Assembly: GCA_010093995.1 (NCBI GenBank)
Contig: ML992509.1
Coordinates: 227,588 to 291,587, forward strand
Direction: 5' to 3'
DNA: 64,000 bases
From: Elsinoe ampelina
Lineage: Eukaryota
Shown here: positions 1 through 11,600 of the stretch, in pieces
Position numbering within the stretch: position 1 is the first letter of the stretch
Layout: every line of letters begins with the position of its first letter
Translations under genes and position numbers: made by a program
Notes under the pieces: generated by a model
Database searches by the model: none
What the model was told of the DNA's origin: nothing
What the model saw: the letters and a program-made list of their open reading frames with translations, nothing else

Positions 1-2449
1 GGCGTTCTAATCTCGTGCGACATGTTGGCGAGGAATTGTGATTTCATCTTGCTCGCCTCCTTGGCGGCTTCACTTTGTGCGAGCAACCTGCCATTCTCAC
101 GATCTCGTTCCCTGAGCTCCTCCTCTCGTATCCGCAACTCAGTGACGTCCATGCTGACGCCCACAACGCCATCAACGAGGGATCGTCCCTCAATGCCAGC
201 TGTGCGCTCCTGCCGTATGAGAGGAACGAATCGAGTGCGGTAGTATCTCTGAAGTGATGATACGGAGACCTCTATCGACTCGTCCGTGGCCCTACCTTGT
301 AGAATGTCGTCGATGGGCTTTTTGAACAGCGCGCTTTGGTCCATGTCGTTGGGGTTCCTTGTCTGCTCGAACAGATCAAAGACATTGCGGCCATAGTCCG
401 GGCTGCCCTCTAGAGTGCCGCCTCTCGGTGTCCAGATACGAGATCCTTCATGCAGAATGAGTCGTTTCTCGCGATCGACAGCCCATAGTGTGATTTTGGC
501 GTGCTCGATGACCTTGAGAAGCTGAGCCCGAGTCTGTTTGGCCGCTTCACGAGTTTCCACTAGATCGTGAATGTCGGTGCAAGTACCAAACCTGTTTACG
601 TTAGTCACATTCAAGACCAGATTCTAACGCATACTCACCATCTGACGATCTTGCCGGCTGCATTGCGCATGGGCAGTGCCCGACCCAACATCCACCTCCA
701 TTCACCGGTTCTCGACTTGCAGCGGTACTCTGTAAGATATTCCTCGCCAGTCTCGAGGGAGTGCTTCCATCGTGGGGCTGCGATAGCTACATCGTCAGGG
801 TGGAAGGGGCTCTTCCACATGTGACCCATGCATTCCGACGGACTTAGTCCGGTATAGTCGTACCAGCGTTGTGAGAAGTAGTCATGGAAGCCATCTGGCT
901 TGGTCGTCCAGACCATGACGGGAATCATGTTGGCAGTGTCCTCGAATTGCTTTTCGTTTGCAATCTTCTGCTTGGTGATGATGTTGGCATAGATCGTGAC
1001 GTCGCGGAATACGACGACACCGCCGAGGAATTCGCCAGTCTTCTCGTCGAGAATTTCTTCTCCGTCAACGTCGAAGATCAGTTGCTCGCCCGTGAGATTG
1101 TTCTGCATGCCTACTCGCCGGTTTGTGAAACGCTTTTGTGTCTTCATGAGATGAAAGATCGGGTACTCTTCGAGTGGTAGTGGATGGCTGAAGTCTTCCG
1201 AGAAGACCTTGTACTGGCCGATAAATTCACGCTGATCACTCGTTTCGGTGGAATCCACATCCCCGTTACCAAGGAACTTCAGAGCGGCCTTGTTCGGTAT
1301 ACCGAATGAAGCATCCTTCCACATGGCATAGACAGGCATAGGCATCGCGTTGAGCAAGGCATCTTTCATCTTGGAAGTCTTGCTGAGCAATGTAGACGTC
1401 GACGCGGATGTGACACTCGATGCTGGCCCGTTTGGTAGCCAGCCCATCGGACTTGATCCTGGGCTAGAGTTGCTCGACAAGTGGGTTCGCCGACCTCCAG
1501 AGCTCGAGCTGCTCCCAGACCCCAGACCAGACATGTAATTGCGATGCATTTTCGTGACTGACCTCTGACTGAGCTTCTGTTGTTGATTTGTGCCGACATT
1601 GTGCGCGGCTGTGAATGTCAAAGTGTAATGTTGTTCTCCGTCCAGGAACCAGACAGAAATGATCAGGGTAGCCTCTGTTTGCTGATGTTGTACCGGGGCA
1701 CCGGACCGTCTCTTGTCATCCTTGAACGGCATGGGCAGTCCAGTGCGGGAATCTCGGTGGGTGGAGAAAGCGACATCAACAACGATCTCGTGGATGGTAG
1801 CCCGATTCTCGAAATGCGCGCTGCGTTTTGCATCCTCCTCTCGGGTCGCGTTTGGGTCGTTGATCTTGGGTGTCAGGTCTCCATCGCCGTTGTCGGAAGA
1901 GGAGCTGTTTTTGACCGAAGGTGTCTTTTCATCTACCGCATCACTCAAGACGCTTTCCAGAAACTCTTCCCACGTCACCCAGACAGGGGCTCCATTCTGC
2001 AACAAGTCGATACCGAGAGTCCCTAGGGAGACACCGTAGAGGACATCTGTTGCACTGCGGAAGCCAGAGTCTACCCGCGTTAGGTCGTTGTGATTCGGGT
2101 CAGTCTCGTGACGCTGATTCGGATCTATCTGCAGCAGTCTGCCAATCGCCTCGTTAGCCAGAATCACTCGCTTCTCTGATGAAAGGACCAGGAGAGGCAT
2201 GGGGAGGTATTGGAGGGCGGTGAAGGCCATATCTACCGCCGTTTGTGAGGGTGGTAATTGAATCGACATGGACGAGCACCGCCCGGAATTGGTAGGGGAG
2301 CCATGGGCGCTGCCATCTCGGTATCCAAGATCGAAGTAGCTCTCTGGCGTCGGATTGTGATTTGCAGGCGGGCCATCTTGATTGTTTAGGTGGGGTGCGG
2401 AAGAAGCAGTCTGCGATACAGCTCGTCCTCGTAGAGGCGTGACTGTCAT
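1..2449 (-). CDS. Hybrid sensor histidine kinase with PAS/PAC domains (3' part runs off the window)
   Basis: The 604-aa ORF ends in PAS/PAC (IPVMVWTTKPDG...YFSQRWYDYTG...EYRCKSRTGEWRWMLGRA). Splicing intron 592-638 (GTGAGT...CTAAC...CAG) gives W-FGTCTDIHD. The frame continues to the HisKA H-box KSQFLANMSHEIRT at about 1-50. Confidence 0.93.
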
Positions 2450-3471
2450 GGCGGTGGTGGGAGGCGTTTCTGTCCTCCTAGCGAACTCTCATTCTTGCCC
2501 CAGCTCTTTCTTCACACTCGTCCTGTAGATGTGTGGGTCAGGCGTGTTTGGCGCAGTCGGAGCAGGATTCGTGTAAGGATCTGGGAGTGGAACGGAGTTT
2601 GCTCGTTTTGTCGAATGTCGGATTGTAGCAATACTGCGGTCAATTGGCGTTCGTAGGCCGAGAGGTCGACCGCGTACTGGGAGATTTGCAAAAGGTGGTG
2701 TTGGCAGACGGCGGAATAGACTCTGACAACAACAGATCGGGCGGTCGGGTAGATTGAGGCAGGACTGACAGAATGACACAATTGGCCGGCTGGAGTGACC
2801 AAGATGGAAGCAGAGTTAATCGGAACGGTCAAAGTGCGTGTGCGTGGTCGTCGGTCGAGTCCGAGCGTTTTGGTGGCATATAGGCAGAGACGAGCGCAAG
2901 GAGTGAGCACACGATTCGATTCACGATTGACAGGCAGAGTGACGTCGCTACGACTAGGGTTGAAATGTAGTAGCTTGTGCTGTGGAGTGAAGCGGCGAGA
3001 GCTAAATGGAATGATCCGGCGCAGTCGGAACTGCAGATGCTGATGAGCACTCGACGGAGCAATCACATTTGTTTGTTTCCTCGCACAAAAGAGCTTGCAT
3101 ACAGAGGAGCATATTTGGCTGCACGACAGAACGGCAGAGGATTGCTCCAAGGGAACTGGGTATGCCGCCTTTGCTACCATCGATCCGTTTCAGGCCTAGC
3201 CGAAGCATCGCAGATTGGTCTAGAACGGCAATTCCAGAACGTCGCAAGTCTGCCCATCGCTGTTCCCGGGCCGTCTCTTTGCACTGTTAACATGCAGCAT
3301 GACTATTTCTGCTCGGTGGATATTTCTAATCATCGCAGTTATTATCGGTAGTATGGCAACTGCCCTGAGGACCTGAGAATCGAATTCAGTCACGTGACAT
3401 GATATGACTAAGCATCCTACTTCTGTAGCGCTCCAGATGCATTTGACACATCTCGTCACAACCACCCATCC

Positions 3472-5053
3472 ATGTCTTTCAATGCTCTTCTACAGATCAA
3501 GGAGTTTCAACAGATAGCACCATATGCCACATCCTTGCTCATCGCCTTCCTAGGCCTCACGTCACAATGGCTATTTGCCCGCCTTGACCCGGAACCCCTG
3601 GCACGGGGACAGATCCTCAAATTCAATTTCCTCATAGCATCTCTGGTCATTTGCTATTATCGAACATGTACACTAGATCCTGGGCGGATTGACAAAGACT
3701 GGGATGCTGGGCAGTCTACTAAGAATGACGGCAAAGATGAGAAGCCTGAGGAGCAGGTCGAGCTTGACCTTCGTCGCCGGTGGTGCCGGCGATGTGAGAT
3801 GCTGAAACCTCCAAGGGCTCATCACTGCAAGACATGTGGAAGGTACTTGCTCTGCATTCCGCTGTTATCACGTTATGCTGATGCAGCCTCAAGATGTATT
3901 CCCAAGATGGATCACCACTGCCCATGGACAGGTAAGACTGCTCCCCCGCAAACTCGGGCATCATTTTAACATTTCTGAGCGAATTGTGTATCTCATCGTA
4001 TTATGCCGCATTTCATCCGCTTCCTATTCTATGCCACCTCTGCACTTGCGTACCTTCAATACTTTATATGCATCCGACTATACGCCCTGTGGCAGAAGCG
4101 CCTTCTCCCAAGTGTAAGGTCACCCTCTTTCCCCCTCCCACACTGCCTTACCGATGTCTAAGTTCTGTTGCACTCCACAGTATCTCGGACCTACTGTCAC
4201 TCAAATGGTCATCCTCTTCCTCCTCACCATCGTCAACGCCTTCACCTTCATCGGACTCTCCCTCATGTTCATACGAACAACATGGTGCATCCTCGTCAAC
4301 ACCACCACCATCGAAGGCTGGGAGATCGAACGCCACGAAACCCTCGTCCGCCGCGCCAAATACCACAATGGCTTCCTCGACGGGCCCGACGGTACCCAAA
4401 TCCGCATCACCAAGCAAGAATTCCCCTACGACATCGGCTTCTGGTCCAACCTCGTGCAGACCATGGGCAGCCCCAACCCCATCGTCTGGCTCTTCCCCCT
4501 CGCCCCCTCCATCCCCATCAACAGCGGCACCAGCTTCGCCGTCAACGGTTTCGAAGACCAAGACACCACCTGGCCACCTCCCGACCCGGACCGCCTCTTC
4601 CGCGTAGAACGCAAGCTCGACCCCAGCCAAGCCTTCACCAAGTCCATGAACATCGAGGACTTCCGCGCCCGCCAAGCAGAGGACCTGAAGCGGCATCAGC
4701 GCTCAGACGACGTGATCCGTCGGCGAAAACCCTTCCACGTGCGCCTCGAAGAGCGACAGGCCAGGGATAGGCAAAGCGGCAGGGAAAACGAAAAGGTATA
4801 CGAAATCAATACCAGTGACGAAGATGAATACGACGACGGCAATCTGGAGGAGGACGATCGGCAGGGGAGTAGACCCGCTCATATAGTGGATGACGACGAC
4901 GACGGGGAGGAAGCATGGCGGAATGCGGAAGGGGAGAGGTTGGCTGATTTTGGAGTGGATGAGGACGTGGAGTTTTATGATGAGGATGATATACCGCTTG
5001 CTGAGCTTTTGAGGAGGAGGAGGGGGGAGAGGGATGCGGTTGGGGGGACGTAG
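3472..5053 (+). CDS. PFA4: DHHC palmitoyltransferase, Pfa4-like (4 exons)
   Basis: CRRCEMLKPPRAHHCKTCGR | CIPKMDHHCPWT | ANCVSH is assembled across introns 3843-3893, 3932-3979 and 4113-4180. TTIE motif, FPYDIG, WPPPDPDR and an acidic C-terminus follow. Confidence 0.9.
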
Positions 5054-5109
5054 AGAGGCAGGCGGGTGATGTATGGGAATGGTTCAGAGGTGTGAGAGGG
5101 AGGTGAGTG

Positions 5110-5530
5110 GGTAGGAAGGTGGTAGTGGCAGGGATGTGGAGGCGACAGGAATGTAGTGTCGGCGGGGGAATTGTGTTCATGGGAGTGCGGCGTCGGCAGC
5201 AAGATGGCTTCGGCGGGAAGATGGCGGGAAAGCGGCGCGGGCAGGAAAGCCGCGTGGGCAGGAAAGTGGTTGCGGCAAGAAGATGGTTTGGCAGGGACAT
5301 GGGTGTCGGCAGGAATGTAGCGTGGGCAGGAAAGTGGTTCCGTCAGGAACATGGTCTCGCCAGGAAGATGGTTTCGCCAGGAAGATGGTTTCGTCAGGAA
5401 AATGGTCTTGACAGGAAAGTGGCTGCGTCAGGAAAATGGTCTGCCAGGAAACTGGCTGCGGCAGGTTAGAGGCACGGGCAGGAAGGTGGTTCTCGCCAGG
5501 AAAGTGGTTCTCGCCAGGAAAGTGGGGCAA
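5110..5530. repeat. Degenerate tandem minisatellite, unit about 17 bp (CAGGAARRTGGTYTCGY)
   Basis: Consecutive units start at 5327, 5344, 5361, 5378, 5395, 5412, 5429, 5445, 5462, 5479, 5497 and 5515. More diverged copies extend back to about 5110. Confidence 0.9.
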
Positions 5531-5904
5531 AGTGGTAGCAGATCTGATGTCGGACACATCTGCGTTGGAAGAGAGGCGCTAGACGAGCTCTTGTCAGTGC
5601 GTACTCTAGTAACCTGGTGCTATAGGAGTGGTTCTGCTCGGGCACATCAATAAATACCTCCTGTGCCTCTGAATATCCGCCGAACTCGTCTGCCCTGTTT
5701 GACTACCTAGCCAACTACTGTTACCTCAACTCGCCAAGATACGAACAAGAAGAGACTCAGAGAAGGGATCATTCGCAAGGGTAGAGGAAGAGTTACGGTC
5801 CAGGTTGCATAAAGTCGAGGACCAGAACAAGGCCACCTCGAGGCATTGGATATGGACAAAAACTAAATTGGAGAACTACGCTACGCTATGCCACACCCCA
5901 AATA

Positions 5905-6792
5905 TCACGACGTCGGCTTCTCCACCATGACAGCGACATGCTCACTCTGCTCCGACATCGCAGGCTGAACATCATGCCTCGAGAACTTGCCCGTGGCTCT
6001 GCACTTGGCCTCGGTCAACCACCGCCGGAACTTGATGACAAAATGCACAATCGCAAACACAATAATCGCCGCCACGAGTATGCCGATGATATACGCAGCC
6101 GTGATAGCGCGACCATTCTTCTCCTGGTCCAAGAAAGGGTACACGTAGAACCCATTCAGCGAGTGGCTGAGGTAGGTGAGGCCGAGGTACATCGCGAGGA
6201 TGATGACGCAAGGCAGGACGTGGATCCAAGGCGTCGCCTCCGTCCTCGGGAAGACGACTTCGAAGAGGGCAAAGGCGGAGTTGATGCCGTGCTGCGAGAC
6301 GTTGCTCCAGGTGCTGAGGGGGCTGTAGAGGGCTCCGTTGGCGAGGAGGCCCCAGAAGACTGCTGTCACGATGAAGGGGAAGATGGTCACCGTGGCGTAG
6401 TACGCGCTGTGCGCCCATCGCAGGAAACCCTTGAAGCCGCCTACCGTCTCCCGTGGGCCGGCTTCGGTGTCGCGGATGTAGCCATTGCTGGCGAGACCGG
6501 ATCGACCTCGCGCGGAGTAGATGAAGCCGTGGATGGCGGAGACGAGGAAGTAGAAGGCGAGACCGTACCAGGTTAGGATGGTGAAGAAGGAGAGGGAGAC
6601 CCGTGCTGCGTTGGCATTGCCGCCTCCTACTTGGAGGCCGATTATGGTGAAGGAGGTGGCGAAGATGTAGATTGAGAAGAGCAGGCGGAGGCAGGCGAGG
6701 ACGAGAGGTGGGAGACACCACGAGGTGATGTGGCGGATGAAGTGTGGTGTCGATGTCGTCCTGTGATAGGACCTCGAGAAGAAGTTGCCCAT
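5905..6792 (-). CDS. Multi-pass membrane protein, FAR-17a/AIG1 / rolling-stone-like
   Basis: 295-aa ORF with about 6 hydrophobic segments and the motifs SFFTILT, VSQHGINS and YVYPFLD. Confidence 0.7.
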   Translation of the reverse strand: MGNFFSRSYHRTTSTPHFIRHITSWCLPPLVLACLRLLFSIYIFATSFTIIGLQVGGGNANAARVSLSFFTILTWYGLAFYFLVSAIHGFIYSARGRSGLASNGYIRDTEAGPRETVGGFKGFLRWAHSAYYATVTIFPFIVTAVFWGLLANGALYSPLSTWSNVSQHGINSAFALFEVVFPRTEATPWIHVLPCVIILAMYLGLTYLSHSLNGFYVYPFLDQEKNGRAITAAYIIGILVAAIIVFAIVHFVIKFRRWLTEAKCRATGKFSRHDVQPAMSEQSEHVAVMVEKPTS

Positions 6793-7461
6793 GTGTGTCT
6801 GTAGGCTGATCGTAGACGCTCGTTCGTGGACTGCGACCCAACTCGGGCGCCTGCCGCCTTAGATCTGCGCTTGGTTGTTGGTGGGAAAGAAGCTCAGGTC
6901 GAACGTCCGAAGAAGTAGACGGAGAGAATAAGTGCTACTTCTAATTCCACTCCCGAATAAAAAGCTACACGTACTCCCACCACTAGAAGGGCCGACGTTG
7001 TGGTCGCAACAAAGCAAAAAGTGAAACAGAGACCGTCACACGAGCAGGTGGAAGAACGGGTCGTGGTTCTGGTGGAAAAGAGACCCAGAGCATCCACCCT
7101 TCTGGAAGAGATGCCGGAAACTCTACTGTAACTCGGCCTAATTTAAATTGGACACGAGTCGCGTGCTTTTTTTTCGTGGTTGTTCAAGGCCCTAATGGCT
7201 TGGGGGCTTTGTCCCCAATCTCGCTTTCTTCGGATTGGAGGAATAACAGTGCGAGATAGGGCTTTGCAGCGGACCCCCCTTTGCAGCCCTCGAGCGGCAA
7301 GCTCGCTTATTTAACCCGATACAGAGACGGACCGCGTCATGCCGAGAAACGATGCCAATCGGCGCTCGAGCCGCCACGCTGACAATTGGCCTAAATAGGT
7401 AATCGAAAAATCCCTAAGTTTGCTTAATAGCTTTAGCATCTCTAGCCTTTGCACTAGAATT

Positions 7462-8457
7462 ATGCCCCCCTCTAGAACTAACACTACACGTTATAAAGAT
7501 GTAATTTAAGCTATAATTGCTAAATACTATACTAGTAAACACCCTCTAAGCTTTAAAGAGCTTACCTATTACTATCTAGGTGTTGTTATAACTACTCTAT
7601 TATGCTATATTTAGGGTCTTTATTCTATATAGTTAGAGAGTACTATACTATAATAGCGACTTAGTCCTATATAAGAGGAGGCTTTAGTTAGCTATATTAA
7701 GTATCTAGTTAATAGTAGATACTCTTCTACCTATACTATAATTTCTAAGCTTACTAATTAAATTCTCTAGTATAACTAAATAAGTAATTCCTCTAATTCT
7801 TAATAGTCTTAGTCTTAATCTATTAGTAAGAAATAGCTATAAAAGTTTCTTAAGTATTATCTAGAACTCTCCCTTAAGTATACTTAAGCCCTTAATAGTA
7901 AAAGAGTAAATAAGAATTAAGATCTAGTGTCTATTAAGTTATAGTTTAGCACCTTAAAAGCGATAATTAACTAGTATAATATTAATAGTTAAAACATATA
8001 TAACATAGACGAGACTAGCTATATAATAGACTAAACTAGTCTAGCTTAGTTAGTTATAAAGAGAGACTTAAAGGCACTAATATGCTATTAACTAGAGAAT
8101 AGAATATAGGCTATAACTATTGAGACTCTAAGTACTAGTAGCTATTAAATACCACTATATATTATTCTTAAAGGCGCTAATATTAACGTTAATTAGGGCT
8201 ACTAGCTTACTTAACTTTTACTATAAGATAGTATATAAAAAGGCAAAATAGTAGTATTATAAAATAGCTAGTTAGATAAGAATTATACTATCGAGTAGTT
8301 ATATCTTTTTTGTAAGTATATAAGACCTTACTATCTAAATTCGATAGAGAAGATAAAAGAGAAGAATCTCTAGCACTATAAAAGGCTACTTATAATAGAT
8401 AGCTATAGTATATATAAGTTACTCTTCTTTTTATTACTTACTTATAAAGAAGACAAT
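7462..8457 (+). pseudogene. pogo/Fot1 transposase, 5' part (HTH region, first two catalytic Asp)
   Basis: ATG at 7462, a CENP-B-HTH-like LSP.QEEALV..I..L segment, then NMDETG and DGH motifs. Many TAA/TAG stops of RIP type. Confidence 0.8.
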
Positions 8458-8668
8458 TATAATAGAAACTATAAACTTATAGCTAGTAGATAGATATTAG
8501 AGATACATTGTTCTAGCTATAATTCTATATAGTATATATAGTAGTAGTTCCTAACCTTCTATAGAGAGGTTAGAAATTTATTATTATATTTATATAGTAT
8601 ATACTTCTTCTCTATTACTTCTCTATCTTAGAGACATTATACCTACTCTATCTAAATACTCTATTACA
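8458..8668 (+). repeat. 5' LTR
   Basis: Direct repeat of 16163-16373 ending in ..TTACA. The two copies differ only by transitions. Confidence 0.9.
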
Positions 8669-11600
8669 ATTTAAATTCCTTCTAAAACTATAGTTAAGAT
8701 AGTCTAGGTTAATAGTCTTAATATAGTTAGCTTAATAAAGGACTAATAGATTATCTACTATAGACGCTATATCTACTAGCTTAGTAGAAGCTACCTAATT
8801 AGAATCTATTCTCTCTAATATATCTAAGAAGAAGCTATATACCGCCTAAGAAGAGCTAGCTTAACTCTACTAAAATAGAAAGTACATAGAGATCTAGAGA
8901 GCTCTTATAATTAAGTATAAAGGACTTCTTTAAAAGAGAATCTATATCGATATATAGAAATAGTAAGAGAAGTCTAATAACAATAATTAGTTATACTAAG
9001 ATAGTATCTCTCGAGGAACCCTTAATCTAAATATCTCTCTAGAGATGTTTTCTCTTTAGATTAACCTTAAGAAAGTATAAAAGCTAGAGGTACTAGAGAA
9101 ACTAAAAAGGTATATATACCTTACTAATATAAAGGCGTTTATTTAATTATACTATACCGTCTTTAGAGTCTATAAGTATATCTATCTTACTAGTAAAGAT
9201 CGAGTCTAGTTTATAGCTAGCTATCTAAATAGATTCCTTACTATAATATAGAAGAGCTATATTAATAATATAGGACCTTAGGCTAAGAACTAGAGCCACT
9301 TTTAAGAATAAATTAAAGATCGTATTATAGATAAGAGTAACTAAGCTCTAAAATATACCTAACTATTCTATAATAGCGCTTAGAGGTTAAACTAATTAGT
9401 CGCTAAGTTTACCTAATACTTTAAAAAGTACACTAAGAAAATTAGTAATACTACTATAGATAAGACTTAGTTCGTAAGCTACCTTATTAACGGCGTAAAG
9501 CCTACGTATTAATAGAGCTATATAGTGCTCTAAGACTCCCTAAGGGGTAAAGACAAGGCTATCTTCTACTTTACTTATATTAAGAGTATATTTAGAAGCT
9601 AAGCTATCTCCGAGACGATATATATCTCTTACTACTTTATAGATAAGCTAAAGGGAGGTAACTAGAAATTCTAGAATAATAAAAATAAGAAAAAAAGAAG
9701 GTTTAAAGACTCTATATCTAGAGTTAATACAACTCTAATACTCTATTACTCTAACCTCTTAGAAGTAAAGTACTATAGGTGTAAGTAACCTAGCTATATC
9801 TACCTTAACTGCCCTTATAATAAGATAAAAAACTAAATACTCTAGCTATAGATCTCGCCTCTATATAGCTAGAAGTATCTAAAGGAGGTCCGCTACTAAG
9901 CTAACTAAGAATAGATATTTACCTTAGTTAGGAAGGTAGAGCTCTATCTATTAACTACGTAGCTATATCTCTTATAGATTTAGAGGCTAATATTTGTTTT
10001 ATTAACTACTATTACGTAAAGGAGAAAGAAGTCTACCTATATACTAATAGTATAACAAGAGTAAAGTCCCTTAACTAGTATAAGATATACTTATATAGAT
10101 ACTACTATCTTATAGTAGAAGCTACTAACTACTATAGCGTTATAAAGGAGATTCGATAGTACTTCGAGTTAGTAGAGATAAAGGGATACGACTTAGTACT
10201 AGGCTAGATATAGCTCTTTAGTATTAACCTAGACATCGATTAGTAAAGCTAGAAATAGAGATATTACTCTACTAGCGTTAATGTAACGCTTCTAATAGCG
10301 GAAGAATTTACTAAGGAAATATTAGAGTAGCCGTAGTACTATATAGTTTTCTTAAATACAATCTATAAAGATAACGCTCTAACGTTATAGAGTAGGCTCC
10401 TAAGCTAGCTCTATAACTTCTTAGATATATTTAACAATAAGAAAGCTATTACTATACTTTCTCTAGCGCTATATAACTACTTAATCGAACTTATTAAAGG
10501 GAAGCAACCTCTATAGAGACCTATTTACGCCCTTATAGAGACGGAGCTAAGTGCTCTTAGAGAGTACCTAGTTAAGAATTTAAAGCTAGGCTATATTCGC
10601 TACTCTACTAGCTCTATAGAGGCTTCTATTCTCTTTATACCTAAGGCTAATAAGTTACTATATCTCTACGTCGACTACTAAGGTCTTAATAACGTTTTAG
10701 TAAAGAACTACTACCCTTTGCCCCTTATTACTAAGATGCTTAATAGAATCTAGAGAGCTAAGGTGTACTTAAAAATAGATCTTAGAGACGTATACTACTA
10801 TATCTAGATTAAGAGGGGCAACGAATAGAAGATAGCGTTCTAATATAGATATAGACATTTTAAATACGTAGTTATACCTTTTAGCCTCGTAAACGCTTCT
10901 ACTACCTTCTAGTTGTATATTAGCTAATGCCTTAATAGCTTAGTTAATTACTACTATATCGTCTATATAGATAATATTCTTATCTACTTCTAAGATCTAT
11001 TATAGCACTATAGGTACATTAAAGAAGTTCTAGCGTAACTTAGGAAGTATCTTCTTTTTATAAAGGCTTCTAAGTACGCCTTTAAAGTTAAGGAAGTATA
11101 GTTTCTAAGATACATTCTAGGCTCTAAGGGCGTCTTAATAGAGCTCTAGAGAGTTTAAGCTATTATAGACTAGCTAGAACCTACTTCTCTAAAAGAACTC
11201 TAGATCTTTCTTAGATTTATAAACTTTTACTAATAGTTTATTAATAGCTATATAAAGATAATAAGACCTATAACGTAACTACTTATAGAGAGTAAAAATA
11301 GAAAATAGATAGGTCCTTTCTACTTTACTAATAGTGCTAGGCAATTATTCTAACATCTTAAAGACTACTTTATAACTACTTCTCTCCTATAGTTTTTTAA
11401 TAAAAGTAAGAATATAAGAATATATACTAACTCCTCTAGATTTACTATCTCTAAGATTACTATATAACTATTCGGCAACGGCGGAGAGAAGGTAGTCTAA
11501 TAGTACTCTATTACGTACTATTCGTAGAAACTATAGAGAGTAGAGTTAAACTAGCCTACGTATAACTAAGAGCTACTTACTATCCTCGAGGTAGTACGCT

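Noticed and set aside
2450..3471. 222-aa and other ORFs upstream of the histidine kinase
   Set aside because: They lack domain signatures and lie in the divergent promoter/5' UTR between the kinase and PFA4.
5110..5530. CRISPR-like array
   Set aside because: The units are contiguous with no unique spacers, the context is eukaryotic, and there are no cas genes.
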